Assembly (NCBI RefSeq): GCF_018350175.1
Contig: NC_058368.1
Location: 182,964,001 to 183,028,000, forward strand
Direction: 5' to 3'
DNA from: Felis catus
Lineage: Eukaryota
DNA length: 64,000 bases
Shown here: one piece after another, positions 13,023-26,826 of the stretch
Layout of the letters: each line of letters begins with the position of its first letter
Position numbering within the stretch: the stretch's first letter is position 1
Position numbers and translations under genes: made by a program
The notes under the pieces: generated by a model
Databases searched by the model: none
What the model saw: only the letters and a program-made list of their open reading frames with translations
What the model was told of the DNA's origin: nothing

Positions 13023-13683
13023 TTTAGAGCAATGTATGTGTTAACTTCTTTCATTGTGCTTGAAGGATTCCAACACAGTCCCTCACCAGATGCCTTTTTG
13101 CCTAGGGCTTGGCTGAACTAAAGCATTCTAGGGAGAGGCAAATTAATTTCCTCAGGCTTCCTCAAGACTCTAGGCAATAACCAATCAACTGGAAATTGCA
13201 TATTTCATTAAAGGGAAGGAACAAAAAAGCACATTACTCTTCTACGCAGCAAACCTGAACCAGAACGTTGGCTCTTGAAAGGAGAGCTTTGTGAGGACCA
13301 AGTTCCCTTTCTCTCAAATCATGAGAACTGGCCTTGTGCCTTAATGTGCCAATCTTCATTTTTTTTGTCTAACTGACTTAAGCTTGGGGGAAAAGTGAAA
13401 ATTACAAATTCTATCACTTAATTGAAGAAAGAAAGAAACAAAAAATAAATGATGAGTCAAGTACAAAGGTTGAAAAAATTAAAAACAAATTACAGTTAGA
13501 AGTTGAAATTTGGAACACTAACCTCAAGATACATTTTAAACTTCAAAGAAGAGGTCAGTTACACTTTTGCAAAACTGTTCTGATAAAGATATGATGATGG
13601 TAAATTGTGCATGGTTCTTTCTCTGAAAAAATAGGATTATCAGTTTATCTGTGTCTAATGTAATATTTTCCACTTTCAGTGAC

Positions 13684-13740
13684 TTTTTTTTTATTTTAAT
13701 TTCTTTTTAGAGAGACAGAGCATGGGAAGTGGTGAAGAGG

Positions 13741-13810
<70 letters not shown>

Positions 13811-13955
13811 GAAAGAGAAAGAGAAAGAGAAAGAGAAAAAGAGAGAATCTTAAGCAGGCTCCACGCCCAACATGGGGCTTGATCCCACAACTCTGGAATC
13901 ATGACTTAAGCCAAAATCATGAGTTGGATTCTAGCCTGAGCTATACAGGCACCCC
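13684..13955 (-). mobile_element. Can-SINE with expanded (GA)n/(GAGAAA)n
   Basis: gagagaatcttaagcaggctcc...caggcacccc; T-rich tail at left. Confidence 0.93.
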
Positions 13956-14647
13956 AGCATATTTGTTTTTAAAAACATTAGTAAACCAAAAAAGTGGAAT
14001 TAAAGACAAATAAAAATTACTCTTGATCTGTCTCATCATCCAAATATATATGCTAATATCTTTTAACAAGCATTTCCTTAGGATCACTTTTATTAAATGT
14101 AAGAAATGTTTTCTAGCATAAAGTACAAATGCTATTTGATATTTTAAATATATTTCTATACATACTTCCCCACTTGACTGAATGAATAATCTTTATAAAA
14201 ATCTTCAATACTGGTTGTGTTCTTATATCCCAATATATGTACATATGTTATTAATTCATCCCTCACAGTTGGATATTGTGAATGGTTCAATTTCCAAAAG
14301 TAATAATAATGATGATGATCATAACGTTGATAATAATAAATAAATTCCTATTATTTTTGATGCTCACTATTTGCCAAACACTAAGGTTTTTGCATTCATT
14401 ACTCAATATAAAAATCATATTATATTAAAAAATAATGAGGATTTGATTCTAAATTTTATTATGTCATATTAGGAGACGCATCCCAAATAATCATAAAATT
14501 ACATTTTGGAAGATTTAGTCATGTAACAAAAAGTGAACCATTCTACTTAAAAGTAATCTACTGCCAAGTGAAAATTCATTGCTTTCATATTTCACATTAG
14601 CATCAATTTGTAGGGGGAAAAAGGAGTTGATTGTCTGATTTACTATT

Positions 14648-14880
14648 ATTTTATTTTATTTTATTTTATTATTTATTTTTTAATGTTTATTTATTTTTGA
14701 GAGAGAGAGAGAGATAGCATAAGTGGGGGAGAGGTAGAGAGAGACACACACACACACAGAATCCAAAGCAGGCTCCAGGCTCTGAGTTGTCAGCCCGATG
14801 CAGGGCTCAAACTCAGAGACTGTGAGATAATGACCTGAGCCGAGTTGGGCGCTTTATCGACTGAGCCACCCAGCTGCCCT
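14648..14880 (-). mobile_element. Can-SINE
   Basis: SINE body with T-rich tail; TSD tgatttactatt at 14636-14647 and 14881-14892. Confidence 0.96.
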
Positions 14881-15243
14881 TGATTTACTATTTTTTTAAA
14901 TAAACATTTTATTGATTATATTTTTAAGCAGGTAAAATATGTAGCCTGATTCTGTTCTGCCACCGTCTCCATCACATAGGCAGGTTTTGTATGACAGATT
15001 TAACTAACAAAAATGGTCTCAAAGCTAACAAAGAGAAAAAGAAAAAAAATAATAGAGTAGTTGATTTTCCTCTAACTTCTCACCTTTTTTTTCCCCTGAA
15101 CTTTAAGAAGGATCAGGGAAATGCTACGGAGGCCTTGTGTAAAGAAGCCCTTTTGTGGCTAGTGGCTACGGGTCTTCAAAGATGATGGAAAGACATGACA
15201 GTTTTCATATTTACAGTGGCTAACAAGGGCATAGCTTTCCTCT

Positions 15244-15907
15244 TGCAAACTGGTGCAGCCACAGGAAAACAGTGTGGAGGTCCTCAAAAAATTAAAAATA
15301 GAACTACCCTACGATGCAGCAATAGCACTACTGGGAATTTATCCAAAGGACACAGGAGTTCTGATTGATAGGAGCACATGTACCCCAATGTTTATAGCAG
15401 TACTCTCAACAATAGACAATTTATGGAAAGAGCCCAAATGTCCATCAACTGATGAATGGATAAAGAAGATGTGGTTTATACATACAATGGAATACTACTT
15501 GGTAATGAGAAAGAATGAAATCCTCTTATTTGGAACAACATGGCTGGAACTGGAGGGTATTATGCTAAATGAAATAAGTCAGTCAGAGAAAGATATCATG
15601 TTTTCACTCATATGTGGAACTTGAGAAACTTAATGGAAGACCATGGAGGGAAGGGAAGGGGTAAAAATAGTTTCAAACAGAGAGGGAGGGAGGCAAACCA
15701 TAAGAAACTCTTAAATACAGAGAACAAACTGAGGGTTGGTGGGGGAGCGGGGGATGGGGAAAATGGGTGATGGGCATTGAGGAGGGCACTTGTTGGGATG
15801 AGCACTGTGTATTGTATGTAAGTGATGAATCATGGGAATCTATCCCCAAAACCAAGAGCACACTATATACACTGTATGTTAACCAACTTGACAATAAACT
15901 ATATTGA

Positions 15908-15947
<40 letters not shown>

Positions 15948-15965
15948 AGAGACAAAAAAAAGAAA
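15244..15965 (+). mobile_element. 5'-truncated carnivore L1 with (GAAA)n-converted tail
   Basis: ORF 15253-15624 is the ORF2 C-terminus ([33 protein letters not shown]); 3'UTR, aataaa, (GAAA)n at ~15906-15947. Confidence 0.95.
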
Positions 15966-17937
15966 GTGCTCAAAATTGCTTACTGTTATGGTTACCAAAT
16001 ATGTAAATAAATTTTTGTTATTAAAAAAAAAAAGAACGGTGTCCTATATATACATATATTGGACCTCTGGTACACCTTAACAGAGCACTGAGTCTATGGA
16101 TTCTCTATCAATATGTGATCACAGATTACTATTAACAGTATTGAACATATGAAATTCCTTCAATAAATCCTTTGTACTGCGGCTAATCTTAGTTATTTTG
16201 TGGATAAAAACCATTATGAATCCATAAATTCCAGGGCTATCAAAAGATCACCTTTATAACAGAAGAATGGGAGAAAAAATGCGAAATATAACCAAGAGAC
16301 TGCTTTAAATTTCTTTTCTCTCCCTCTTTCTACAGTAATATAGAAGTCTTAGAAACAGAATAATCTTCCTTCTTAACTAGGAGAAACTATGTTTAGAGTG
16401 GGTTACTTCTTTTTTTTCCTTTTTACTCTTCCTCTAAAACCAAAAATTGTCTTTACATGGTGATTTCTACCTGACCAAATAGTCCTAAAACTACTACTAA
16501 GAAAATACATACATAAAATTGCTACCTTGGGTTCAACCAATTATAGAAGAAAGCTATCATTCTCATACTCTTAAAAATGACATTTTCAACTGCCTCACAT
16601 AGTGCATGCCCCAGGGGGTTCTCAGAAACTCAGAAGTAAAAATTAGCCATTTTCATTTCTGAAAATTTTAGAAGTATGAGACAGAGTTTCCTTAAGTCTC
16701 TTTAACAAAAATGGCAAAAAAAAAAAAAAAATCTGCTATGACTTTGTACTCATGAAATAATGCTCAGTCACACTCTTTATTCTTAGTCAGGAATATGTTT
16801 ATTTTTTGATGTAAGGTATCTCTAAGCAATTTTGTCAAAAGATACAAATTTTAAAAAGGACTATACATAATTTACTAAGGTGAATGAATTCAGGTTAAAG
16901 TGATAAAAGGCGGGAGAATAGGAATTTGGATATAAACAAATCTAGTTATCTTTTGCCTCAGGGTTTGACAAAAGAAATTAGGCAAGGAATGTATTAATAA
17001 AATATTAACTGTCAATGTTTAACTTTTTACAATTAATTCATGTATTAATTCTATCATTTAAACAATTAAAAAAAAAGAATGTTACAGTTGGGGTGAAGCT
17101 TAGATATACCATGTGTTCCATTATGTTCCAAACTGCCTTTTAAGGAAAACTCATTCCATAACATGGAACTAGTTTATTTCCAACAAATAAGAAAATAAAA
17201 CAAAATAAAGTGTTTCTTTTCAAATAGATTTGGTAATTAATGAGGTCTATTTACTGTGGAAGAATCAGAATATATTGTCCATGTTAAAGTCTTCTTATGA
17301 GTCCTGAAGAAAAGAAACATTTAACTTTATTCAAGTATTTGCCAAGCCTATTTAGTCATGGAAAGCATTTTTCATAGAACAATAAATAATGACTTGTGGA
17401 ACTAATTCTGTGGTCCATAGTTTGGTAAACAGTGAACCAGAATGATATCTATAGTAATAGACGAGGACACTGATATCTAGGATACTCCTTCAACCACAAT
17501 TAAAGGGTATTTAAACAAGTTGATAATATGCCAAAATAACATAATTTAAAATTTCAATGCCCCATTAAATAGATATTATATTAAAGAAATATGAATTTTA
17601 CCAGAAGCCTTGGCTCATAGATCTTCTTTTGCTAATATCTCTACTATTCTCAACGTCAGACAGTTGCATATAAGTAAATCTTATACTAAAAATAACTTAT
17701 AAATCTCATATTAGTTAAGTGTAAGGTATTGTACAGATTTGGTAGAAGTAAATGTTTGGTAGAAGTTAATGTCTACTTTGGTAGAAGTCATTGAATTCTG
17801 TGAAGACATTATGGCAGTTAATAGAAACTAGAGTGTGTCCATATTCCTTTAAACAAAAGAATGAATGATCCAAGTGTAGAGCTGCAGACGGACCAAGTAG
17901 ACTAGAAAGCTCAAATAAAAATTGCACATACAACACT

Positions 17938-18449
17938 TGACAGGGGTTTAAGACATACTTCTCCAAAGCATAATAGCACCTGGACATACTGAATATTGTA
18001 AGCTGAAGGAAATGGAAAAATGGCAAGTCCAGAAAAGACTCTCTGATCTCCCCCCTTCTTAAGAAGTTCCTTGAAGCAAGTCTTAAGACCCTCATTGAGT
18101 GCCTTCTCCATGTCTGGAGGAAGAGCATCCTTATATCCAAAGACAGAGGAACACCAAGAAGAATCTAAATGAATGAGCCTCACTTAATTTACCCCAGTTT
18201 ACTACCATTAGCTCATATCCTTTGTCCTATCACATTTTTCCATGGCTTTCCACTTTTATCATAGCTGGCATAAAAATGCCCAGGTTTAACTGTTTCCTCA
18301 GGTCTTCATTTCCTCATTAAGCTCTCATGTCACATAAAACTTACATTAAATTTCTGTGCTTCTCTCCTATTAGTATGTCATCAGTCCAATTTATAGGACC
18401 CTAGCCAGAGGACCTAAGATGGACAAAGAAAGAGTTTTCCTCCTCTACA
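17938..18449 (+). mobile_element. ERV1-class solo LTR (MER34/MER39-like)
   Basis: TG...CA ends, ~510 bp, gctgaagg and tttcctcctctaca termini resemble the MER34 group; attaaa poly(A)-like signal; flanks cact / tact fit a 4-bp TSD with one mismatch. Confidence 0.8.
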
Positions 18450-19829
18450 TACTTCAAGTTACCACCATTACTAGGCTCACTCTTTGCATTAATAATACAA
18501 GAATTAAAAATGGTACATCAAATAAAATGAACAATGGATATGATAATATACCTAAGCTCACTGGGTCAAGTTTACAGGAAGCTCTGATATAAAGTATGAA
18601 AGAAGTTTTCCCAGTGTCTCTGAGGTTGCCAGCACTTTGAGCATTACAGACCTGTGTCTGCTAATGTGGCTGTGATCAGTATTAATAACTAAATATTTTA
18701 ATAATTCCTTGTGCTTGTCTAGGAGGAAATCCCAGAACTGACCATGGCTGTGACTTTGGTAAATTGTCTTAAGTTATCAACAGTTATGGCAGCTTCACTC
18801 CTTATTTTCCCCAGGCTCTGCTACCACCAAGGAAGTTTTTTCCTGATTAGATAAGGTTAGGGTCAGCTATCAGAATCATTTTGTGTATTTACTACTGTGT
18901 TTTGGCTATACAGTTATAAAATCTTCCAAGACTGATATAAATCAGAATCTGCCTATTTCTAGTCATAAGAAAATCACCTACTTTATATAAGACTTTCAAA
19001 ATTAGAAATTCCTTAACTATCCTTGGTAATAGGGAATATCACAATGTTAAATAAAAAATGATAGTTAACATTTGTGTGTGGTTTACTTGACACTTTATAT
19101 GAATTACTCTTTTAAATTCCAATACAGTACTATGAGATAGGTATTATTATTAAATAACTTTGCATTATCATATTAATATATTATTATATCTTATAAGATA
19201 TTAATAAGATATTATTAAGATACCTTGCATTATCTGGGATTAGGACTGGATATATTTCTGAGGCATTATTTGGCCTACCACGTGATATGTTCTCTCATAT
19301 GCCTTATAGATGTCCAATTTTAAGACCCTAAATATATTAATAACAATTATTTTTCTCCAGTTAGAAAGAAAGTGAGCATAAATATTAGTTAAGTTGTTCT
19401 TATCCTCTGCTTGACAGACTAAATTGGATAACAGGCTTAACAAAGAGGTTTTTTAACAAAATCCCCAGCAAGAATAGTAAAAAAAAAATGGGCCTGGATT
19501 TTCTTCCTAGCAAGCTAAACTTGGGGTTCCATACCCAACAGAGTAAAACTGCAAAGCGTGGGACTCTGATATTTCCAAAACAACATCCTATTTGGGATTA
19601 CTCCAAAAATGTAGCCAGAAAATTCTATTTGGAATTTCTAAAAAAAAAATTAAAAAATAAAATAGATAAACAAGGTAAAATAAACAATTTTGGAAAAGAT
19701 GGTAGGTTTACAGTTTGGATATAATCTTTGAGACATGGGAGAATAGCATTTGGAGCCTTTTTTAGAATAAAGGTACAGGTTGAAGGCAGAGTTTAAAAAA
19801 AAAAGTTAAAAAAAAAGTCTGGAAAGTCG

Positions 19830-20060
19830 ATCCAGTGTTTCTTATCTTTGTTGATGGCATCAACATCTACCCAATTTCTTGGAAAAGAAACCTGGGAGTT
19901 ATCTTGGCATCTCCCTCTCTCTTCTCCATATCCAATCCATCCCCCAGGACAGTTGATTCTAGCTCTTAAATAGCTCTCAAATCATCCATCATCTACACTG
20001 CCTTTTCCATGCTAAGAATATCTCTCAGCAGGATAATTTTAATAGCCTACTAACAGACAT
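19830..20060 (+). mobile_element. L2 fragment
   Basis: gatggcatcaacatctacccaatt...aaacctgggagttatcttg...tccaatccatc resembles the L2 body. Confidence 0.6.
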
Positions 20061-22758
20061 TTGAAAATGAGACATTAGTCTATCCTTTACTGATATATTA
20101 ACAGTTCAATGTATGTAATACAGCTTAATCAACTAGAGTAGTTATATTTTCCAAACAGTTTAATAAGAATTCTCCAGTAATACTTTACATACAAAAAGAG
20201 AAAATTTTCTAATTGATATAAAATATGATTCTAAAATTAAGTAGAATTTAGATGTGAACATCATGGCAAATGGTACCAAAAATATGTAAAAACATATTTT
20301 TATGATATTAAACTAGCGTTCCCTCTTCAAAAAATTTCCATGAAAAATAAGAAAGAGGAAGCTTATGTCCTTTGCTGTTTTATGATTTACTAAATTATAT
20401 TAAGCTACTGCAATAAATGACACATATGGGATCACTTTTTATTTGAATTTTTGTTTCTTATACAGGGTTCATCAAGCTGTTTCATATTTATTTTTCTGAT
20501 TAATGATATGTCAAAATTCTAATTCTAGTACCAATTTATGGTGTGTTGGCAACTGAAGAATGAAACAGAAATGCAGACAACAGGCAAAATTGATTTTTAT
20601 CCATTTTCTTTGAATTCCAGTAAATGTTTCCCAAATGTGCCTTTCTGTTTTAACCAAACTAAATATTATAGTCTTATTTCTCTCAACTATTAATTATGCT
20701 ACTTCTGAGAGTTCAGAATTTCTTAAAGCACAACAGTATAGTTAGATGATATGATTTAATGTGTCAGTCATTCTGAATTAGAGGTTGCATATTTAAGAGC
20801 CCCTACTATTAAGTTTCCTCATCCATAAAGACATATCACATCTTAAAATGTTATTTACTGCAAATGGGTTTCATAGGAGTTTTTAAAATGAACATGAATG
20901 CTCTGAATTAATAAGAAGTGAAATACAACTGAATGATTATATTGCACATGGATTCTACAGAAAGAGAAATGAGCTATTAAAAAAACAGAAAGAATATGAG
21001 AAAGAAAAAAAAAGAGGAAGAAAGGAAGTGCGTAGGAAACACATAGCTCATATATTCAGAAGGTGGAACACTTATTCCACCTATTTAACAAGTAAGATAA
21101 TGTCAAGAGAGTTCTAAAGAAATAAGCACTTCTTCCAAAGGCAACTGTAGCACCATCAAAATGGAGATTAGGACACTGAATTGCTTGTGTTTTCAATGTT
21201 TTTATGGATTCAGGGCATGAACTATTGAGTCAGACAAGAAAAATAACTATTGGCATTCATGATAAAATGCTAACAAAGCCAACTTCTTATTCTTTTTTGT
21301 ATCAAATGGTATTAAAAAATAAACCTACAACTTGTTTGTAGAGATTAATGAGCATATTCTTTCAGACACAACCATCTTTGCCAAAGTTCAAATAGTGCAA
21401 CAGTGCTTAAAAACACACTATTCATACTTATGAATCTTGCCCCTTTACAAATAATGACACAATTGTTATTTCAACAGTATTTATCAAACAAGGCTCCTTG
21501 GAGACCTGAGGATAATGGGATTTTGAATGTTGACTACAGGGAATGCTGCTTAGTCCATTTCAAATCATTGTTGCAACAAGTCATCTTATTCTACCAGGAG
21601 TTTACCTTATACAATAGTTAATTGGTGACAGTGAGGTTCACCTTCCTTCCATTAGTCAAGGAGAAACTAGAGTCCTGCATGCACAATCAGTACCTATCTA
21701 GGGATTAGGGCAGAATGAAATGGAATGTGACTCACACTGAGTGTCTTAACTTAAAAGTTTGAGAGATACCTGATTAGTTTTTTCAAACAGTATGCACTTT
21801 AAGTACAGATGCAAAAAAGAAAATATAAGTCTGTGTAGCTCAAAATTACTGCAAATATCCTATGTAGAACTGCTTCATAATGTTGTGAGGATTTCTCATT
21901 TGGGGTCAGTCAGGTTCAGTCTCTCCTTTTATAGTCTCCCATTTTCTTTTTGGCTAATTACCTCTCCATCACTGTGTACAGGCTTGTTGGGAGTGTTATA
22001 TCTGTTGGTAACTTCCCAGACTGAAAGATAAAATGACTGAAGTTCTTGTAATTCAAGAAATATTTTAATCCTCTCCTGCCTGAGGAGAAGTAGGGGACTC
22101 GTTCCTGACTTAAACACTGTTAATCTTCAAGGCACTAGGGAAGCAAAGAAGAGGCAACATATGTAGGACATTCAACATAGAAATCATCCAACATCTTGAC
22201 TATGTTGTTTCAGTTACAAGACTGTCACTGGATATATCTCTTCTTGGCTTCTGTTGATTTCCAAGTTAGGTCCTCCAACATCCTACTGATTGTCTGATCC
22301 TCCATAATACTACTAATAAATTAATTTTACTTAGATGCAATATCATCACTGTATGAATATTGAATTGAGCAAAATAGATATTAGAAATAAACTTATTGCC
22401 ATGTGAATAATCTCTATCATTAATATATTGAGTTAGCTTTGGACCTTGTTTACTTTAAAAAATAAACAATTAATTTCTCAATAGTATAATCAGAGATTTT
22501 AATAATTAAAAAGACCCTTAAAACTTTCTAGTCTAATATCTCATATGTGGTTTCCTTTCATCTGCATGAACAATGGTAGTGAAGTAGTTTGTGAGAATGC
22601 AAAGTATCTTCAAAGTCATAAACTACTTGGAAGGAACCATGCAAATTCAGTTACATTTATTTTTGTAACTTAAAAAGGATATGTTCAAAGAGAGACAATA
22701 TTTTTTTCTTATTCTATCAAAAATTTTTTTGTGTTTTATTTATTTTTTAAATCAAAAT

Positions 22759-22797
<39 letters not shown>

Positions 22798-23012
22798 TTT
22801 TATAAAGAATAGAATTTAGTGATCCATCACTGACATATAACACCCAGTGCTCATCCCAACGAATGTCCTCCTTAATGCCCCTCACCCCTGTAGCCCTCCC
22901 CCCACCCAACACCCTTCCAGCAACCCTTAGTTTTTTCTCTGTATTTAGGAGTCTCTTATGGTTTATCTACCTTTCTGGTTTTATATTATTTTTGCTTCAT
23001 TTGTTTTGAATC

Positions 23013-26000
23013 TTAAATTCCACATATTAGTGAAACCATATATTTGTCTTTCTCTGACTGGTTCATTTAACTTAGCATAATATACTCTAGTTCCATCCAA
23101 ATTGTTTCAAATGGCAAGATTTCGTTATTTTTCATAACCAAGTAATATTCCATTATATATATATATCCTGCATCTTCTTTATCCATTCATCATTCAATGA
23201 CATTTGGGCTCTTTATATACTTTGGCTATTGTCGATAGTGCTGCTATAAATATTGGGATACATGTGCCCTTTGGAATCAGCATTTTTGTATCCTTTGGAT
23301 AAATATCCAGTAATATTGGGTTGTAGGGTAGTTCTATTATTAATTTTTTAAGGAACTTCCATACTATTTCCAGAGTGGCTGTACCAGTTTGCATTCCCAC
23401 CAGCAGTGCAAAAGGGTTCCCCTTTATCCACATCCTTACTGACATCTGTTTTTGCCTGAGTTGTTTATTTTAGCTTTCTGACAGGTATGAGATGGTATCT
23501 CATTGTGGTTTTGATTTGTATTTCCGTGATGATGAGGGATATTGAGCATCTTTTCATGTGTCTGTTAGCCATCTGTATGTCTTCTTTGGAAAAGTGTCTA
23601 TTCATGTCTTTTGCCCATTTCTTCACTGGATTATTTGTTTCTTTGGGTATTGATTTTGATAAGTTCTTTACAGATTTTGTATACCATTCATCAGGGAATG
23701 CTTTAACTGATATGTTATTTGCAAATACCTTCTCCCATTCTGTCAGTTGCCTTTTAGTTTTGCTGATGGTTTCCTTCACTGTGCAGAAGGTTTTTATCTT
23801 GATGCGGTCCCAATAATTTTTGCTATGGTTTCCCTTGTCTCTAGAGACATGTCAAGTAAGAAGTTGCTGTGACCGAAGTCAAATAGGTTGTTGCTTGTTT
23901 TCTCCTCTAGGATACTGATGGCTTCCTATCCTACGTTTAGGTCTTTCGTCCATTTTGAGTTTATTTTTGTGTATGGGGTAAAACACCATTTGCTGAAGAG
24001 GCTGTCTTTTTTCCTTTGGTTATTCTTTCCTGCTTTGTCAAAGATTAGTTGGACATACATTTGTGGGTTAATTTCTGGCTTCTCTATTCTGTTCCATCGA
24101 TCTATGTTTCTGTTCTTGTGCCATTACCATACTGTCTTGATGATTATATCTTTGTATAGCTTGAAGTCCAAGATTGTGATGCCTCCAGCTTTGATTTTCT
24201 TTTTCAGGATTGCTTTGGCTATTCAGGGTTTTTCAGGTTCTATGCAAATTTTAGGATTGTTTTTTCTAGTTCTGTGAAGAATGCTGGTGTTATTTTGATA
24301 GAGATTGAATATGCAGATTCCTTTGGGTAGTATTGACATTTTAACAATGTTTGTTTTTCCAATCCATGAGCATGGAATGTTTTTCATTTTTTTGTGTGTC
24401 TTTTTCAATTCTTTCATAAGCTCTGTATAGTTTTCAGTGTATAGATTTTTTACACTTTGCTTGGGTTTATTCCTAGGTATTTTATGTTTTTTGGTGCAGT
24501 TGTGAATGAGACTGATTCCTTGATTTCTCTTTCTGATGCTTCATTATTGGTGTATAGAAGTGCAATTGATTTCTGTATGTTGATTTTATTTCCTGCAACT
24601 TTGCTGAATTCATGTATTAGTTCTAGCAGGTTTTTGCTGGAGGCTTTTGGGTTTTCAACCTAGAGTATCATGTTGTCTGCAAAGAGTGAAAGTTTGACTT
24701 CCTCCTTACCAATTTGGATGCTTTGTATTTATTTATATTGTCTGGTTGCTGAGACTAGGACTTCCAACATTATGTTGAATAACTAAGAGGGAACATCTTG
24801 TTGTGTTCTTGAACTGAGGGGGAAGACTCAGCTTTTTCTCATTGGGGATGATATTGGCAGTGGGCCTTTCATATATGGCCTTTATGATCTTGAGGTATGC
24901 TCCTTCTATCCCTACTGTTTTGAGGGTTTTTATCAAGGAAGGATGCTGTATTTTGTCAAATGTTTTTAGCATCTATTGAGAGAATCATGTGGTTCTTATC
25001 CTTTCTTCTATTAATATGATGTATCACATTGATTGATTTGTGGATATTGAACCAACCCTGCATTCCATGAATAAATACCACTTGATTGTGGTGAATAATT
25101 CTTTTAATGTATTGTTGGATCCAGTTGGTTAGTGTCTTGTTGAGAATTTGCATCCATGTTCATCAGGGAAATTGATGTGTAGTTTTCTTCTTTAGTGGGA
25201 TCTTTGTCTGGTTTTGGAATCAAGGTAATGCTGGCCTTGTAGAATGAGTTTGTAAGTTTTCCTTCCACTTTTATTTTTTGACACAGCTTCAAAAGAATAG
25301 GTGTTAACTCTTTAAAAGTTTGGTAGACTTCCCCATCTGGCCCTGACCCTTGTTTGTTAGGAGATTTTTGATTACTGATTCAATTTCTTTGCTGGTTATG
25401 GGTCTGTTCAAATTTTTTATTTCTTGCTGTTTCAGTTTGGTAGTTTATATGTTACTAAGACTTTGTCCATTTCTTCCAGATTTCCCATTTTTTTGGCATA
25501 AAGTTGCTCATAATATTCTCTTATTATTGTTTGTATTTCTGCAGTGTTGGTTGTGAACTCTCCTCTTTCATTCATGATTTTATTTATTTAGGTCCTTTCC
25601 TTTTTCTTGTTGATCAATCTGGCTAGAGGGTTATCAATTTTGTTAATTTTTCCAAAGAACCAGCTCCAGATTTCATTGATCTGTTCTTCCATGTTTTTTA
25701 ATTTAATTTTTAATTTTTTAATTTCAATATCATTGATTTCTGCTTTAATTTTTATTATTTCCCTTCTTCTCCTGGTTTTGAGTTTCATTTGCTGTTCTTT
25801 TCCAGCTCTTTTACATGTAAGGTAAGGTATATAGCATGGATTGACATATACTTCCCTCTTATGACTGCCTTTGCTATACTCCAGATGTTTTGGGTTGTTG
25901 TGTTTTCATTTTCATTGGCTTCCATGTCCTTTTTAATTTACTCTTTAATTTCTTGGTTAAACCCATTCATTCTTTAGTAGGACATTCTTCAATCTCCAAG

Positions 26001-26725
26001 TATTGGTGGTCTTTCCAAATTTTTTCCTGTGGTTGATTTTGAGTTTCATAGCATTGTGGTCTGAAAATATGCATGGTATGATCTCGATCTTTTTGTACTT
26101 GCTGAGGGCTGATTTGTGACCCTGGAGAATATTTTATGTGCACTAGAGAAGAATGTGTATTCTGCTACTTTAGGATGAAATGTTCTAAATATATCTCTTA
26201 AATCCATCTCTTCCAGTGTGTCATTCAGAGAAATTGTTTCCTTGTTGATTTTCTGCTTGGATGATCTGTCTATTGTTGTAAGTGGGGTGTTGAAGTCCCC
26301 TTCTATTATGGTATTATTGTCAATGAGGTACTTTATGTTTGTGATTAAATGCATTATATATTTCTTTGCTACCACATTGGGGATATAAATATTTATAATC
26401 ATTAAGTCTTCTTGGTGGATAGACCCCTTAAATATGATATGATGCCTTTCTTCATTTCTTGTTACAGTCTTTATTTTAAAATCTAGTTTGTCTGATATAA
26501 ATATGGCTACACAACTTTCTTTTGATGGTCATTAGCATGATAGATGGTTCTCCATCTCCTTACTTTTACTCTACAGGTGTCTTTAGGTCTAAAATGAGTC
26601 TCTTGTAAGCAACATATAGGTGGGTCCTTTTTTCTTATCCATTCTGATAACCTATGTCTTTTGATTAGAGCATTTAGTCCACTGACATTTAGAGTGAATA
26701 CTGACATATATGAATTTAGTGCCAT
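23013..26725 (-). pseudogene. L1 ORF2 (endonuclease/reverse transcriptase), disrupted
   Basis: Fragments in correct order: TLNVSGLN..ICCLQETH, GDFNTPL (EN); [42 protein letters not shown] (RT); [36 protein letters not shown]; many stops and frameshifts. Confidence 0.95.
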
Positions 26726-26826
26726 AGTGTTGTCTCTTGAGTTGGCATTTCTGATAATGCTCTCTGGTCCTTTCTAGCATTTGTTGCTCTTGGTCTTTTT
26801 TTCATTTTGTTTTGCCTTTTCTCCAC

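Noticed and set aside
13729..14013. 94-aa ORF with poly-RE/KR resembling a nuclear splicing factor
   Set aside because: It is the translation of the SINE microsatellite and SINE body.
17738..17788. CRISPR-like repeat-spacer array
   Set aside because: Mammalian DNA, 12-bp repeats, 5-10 nt related spacers, no cas genes.
23487..24277. Hydrophobic 109- and 129-aa plus-strand ORFs
   Set aside because: Antisense readings of L1 ORF2; the same peptide recurs at 3453, 51514 and 59397.
23013..26725. Active reverse transcriptase or a retron-like system
   Set aside because: Ordinary L1 ORF2 with many stops, frameshifts and deletions; not intact.
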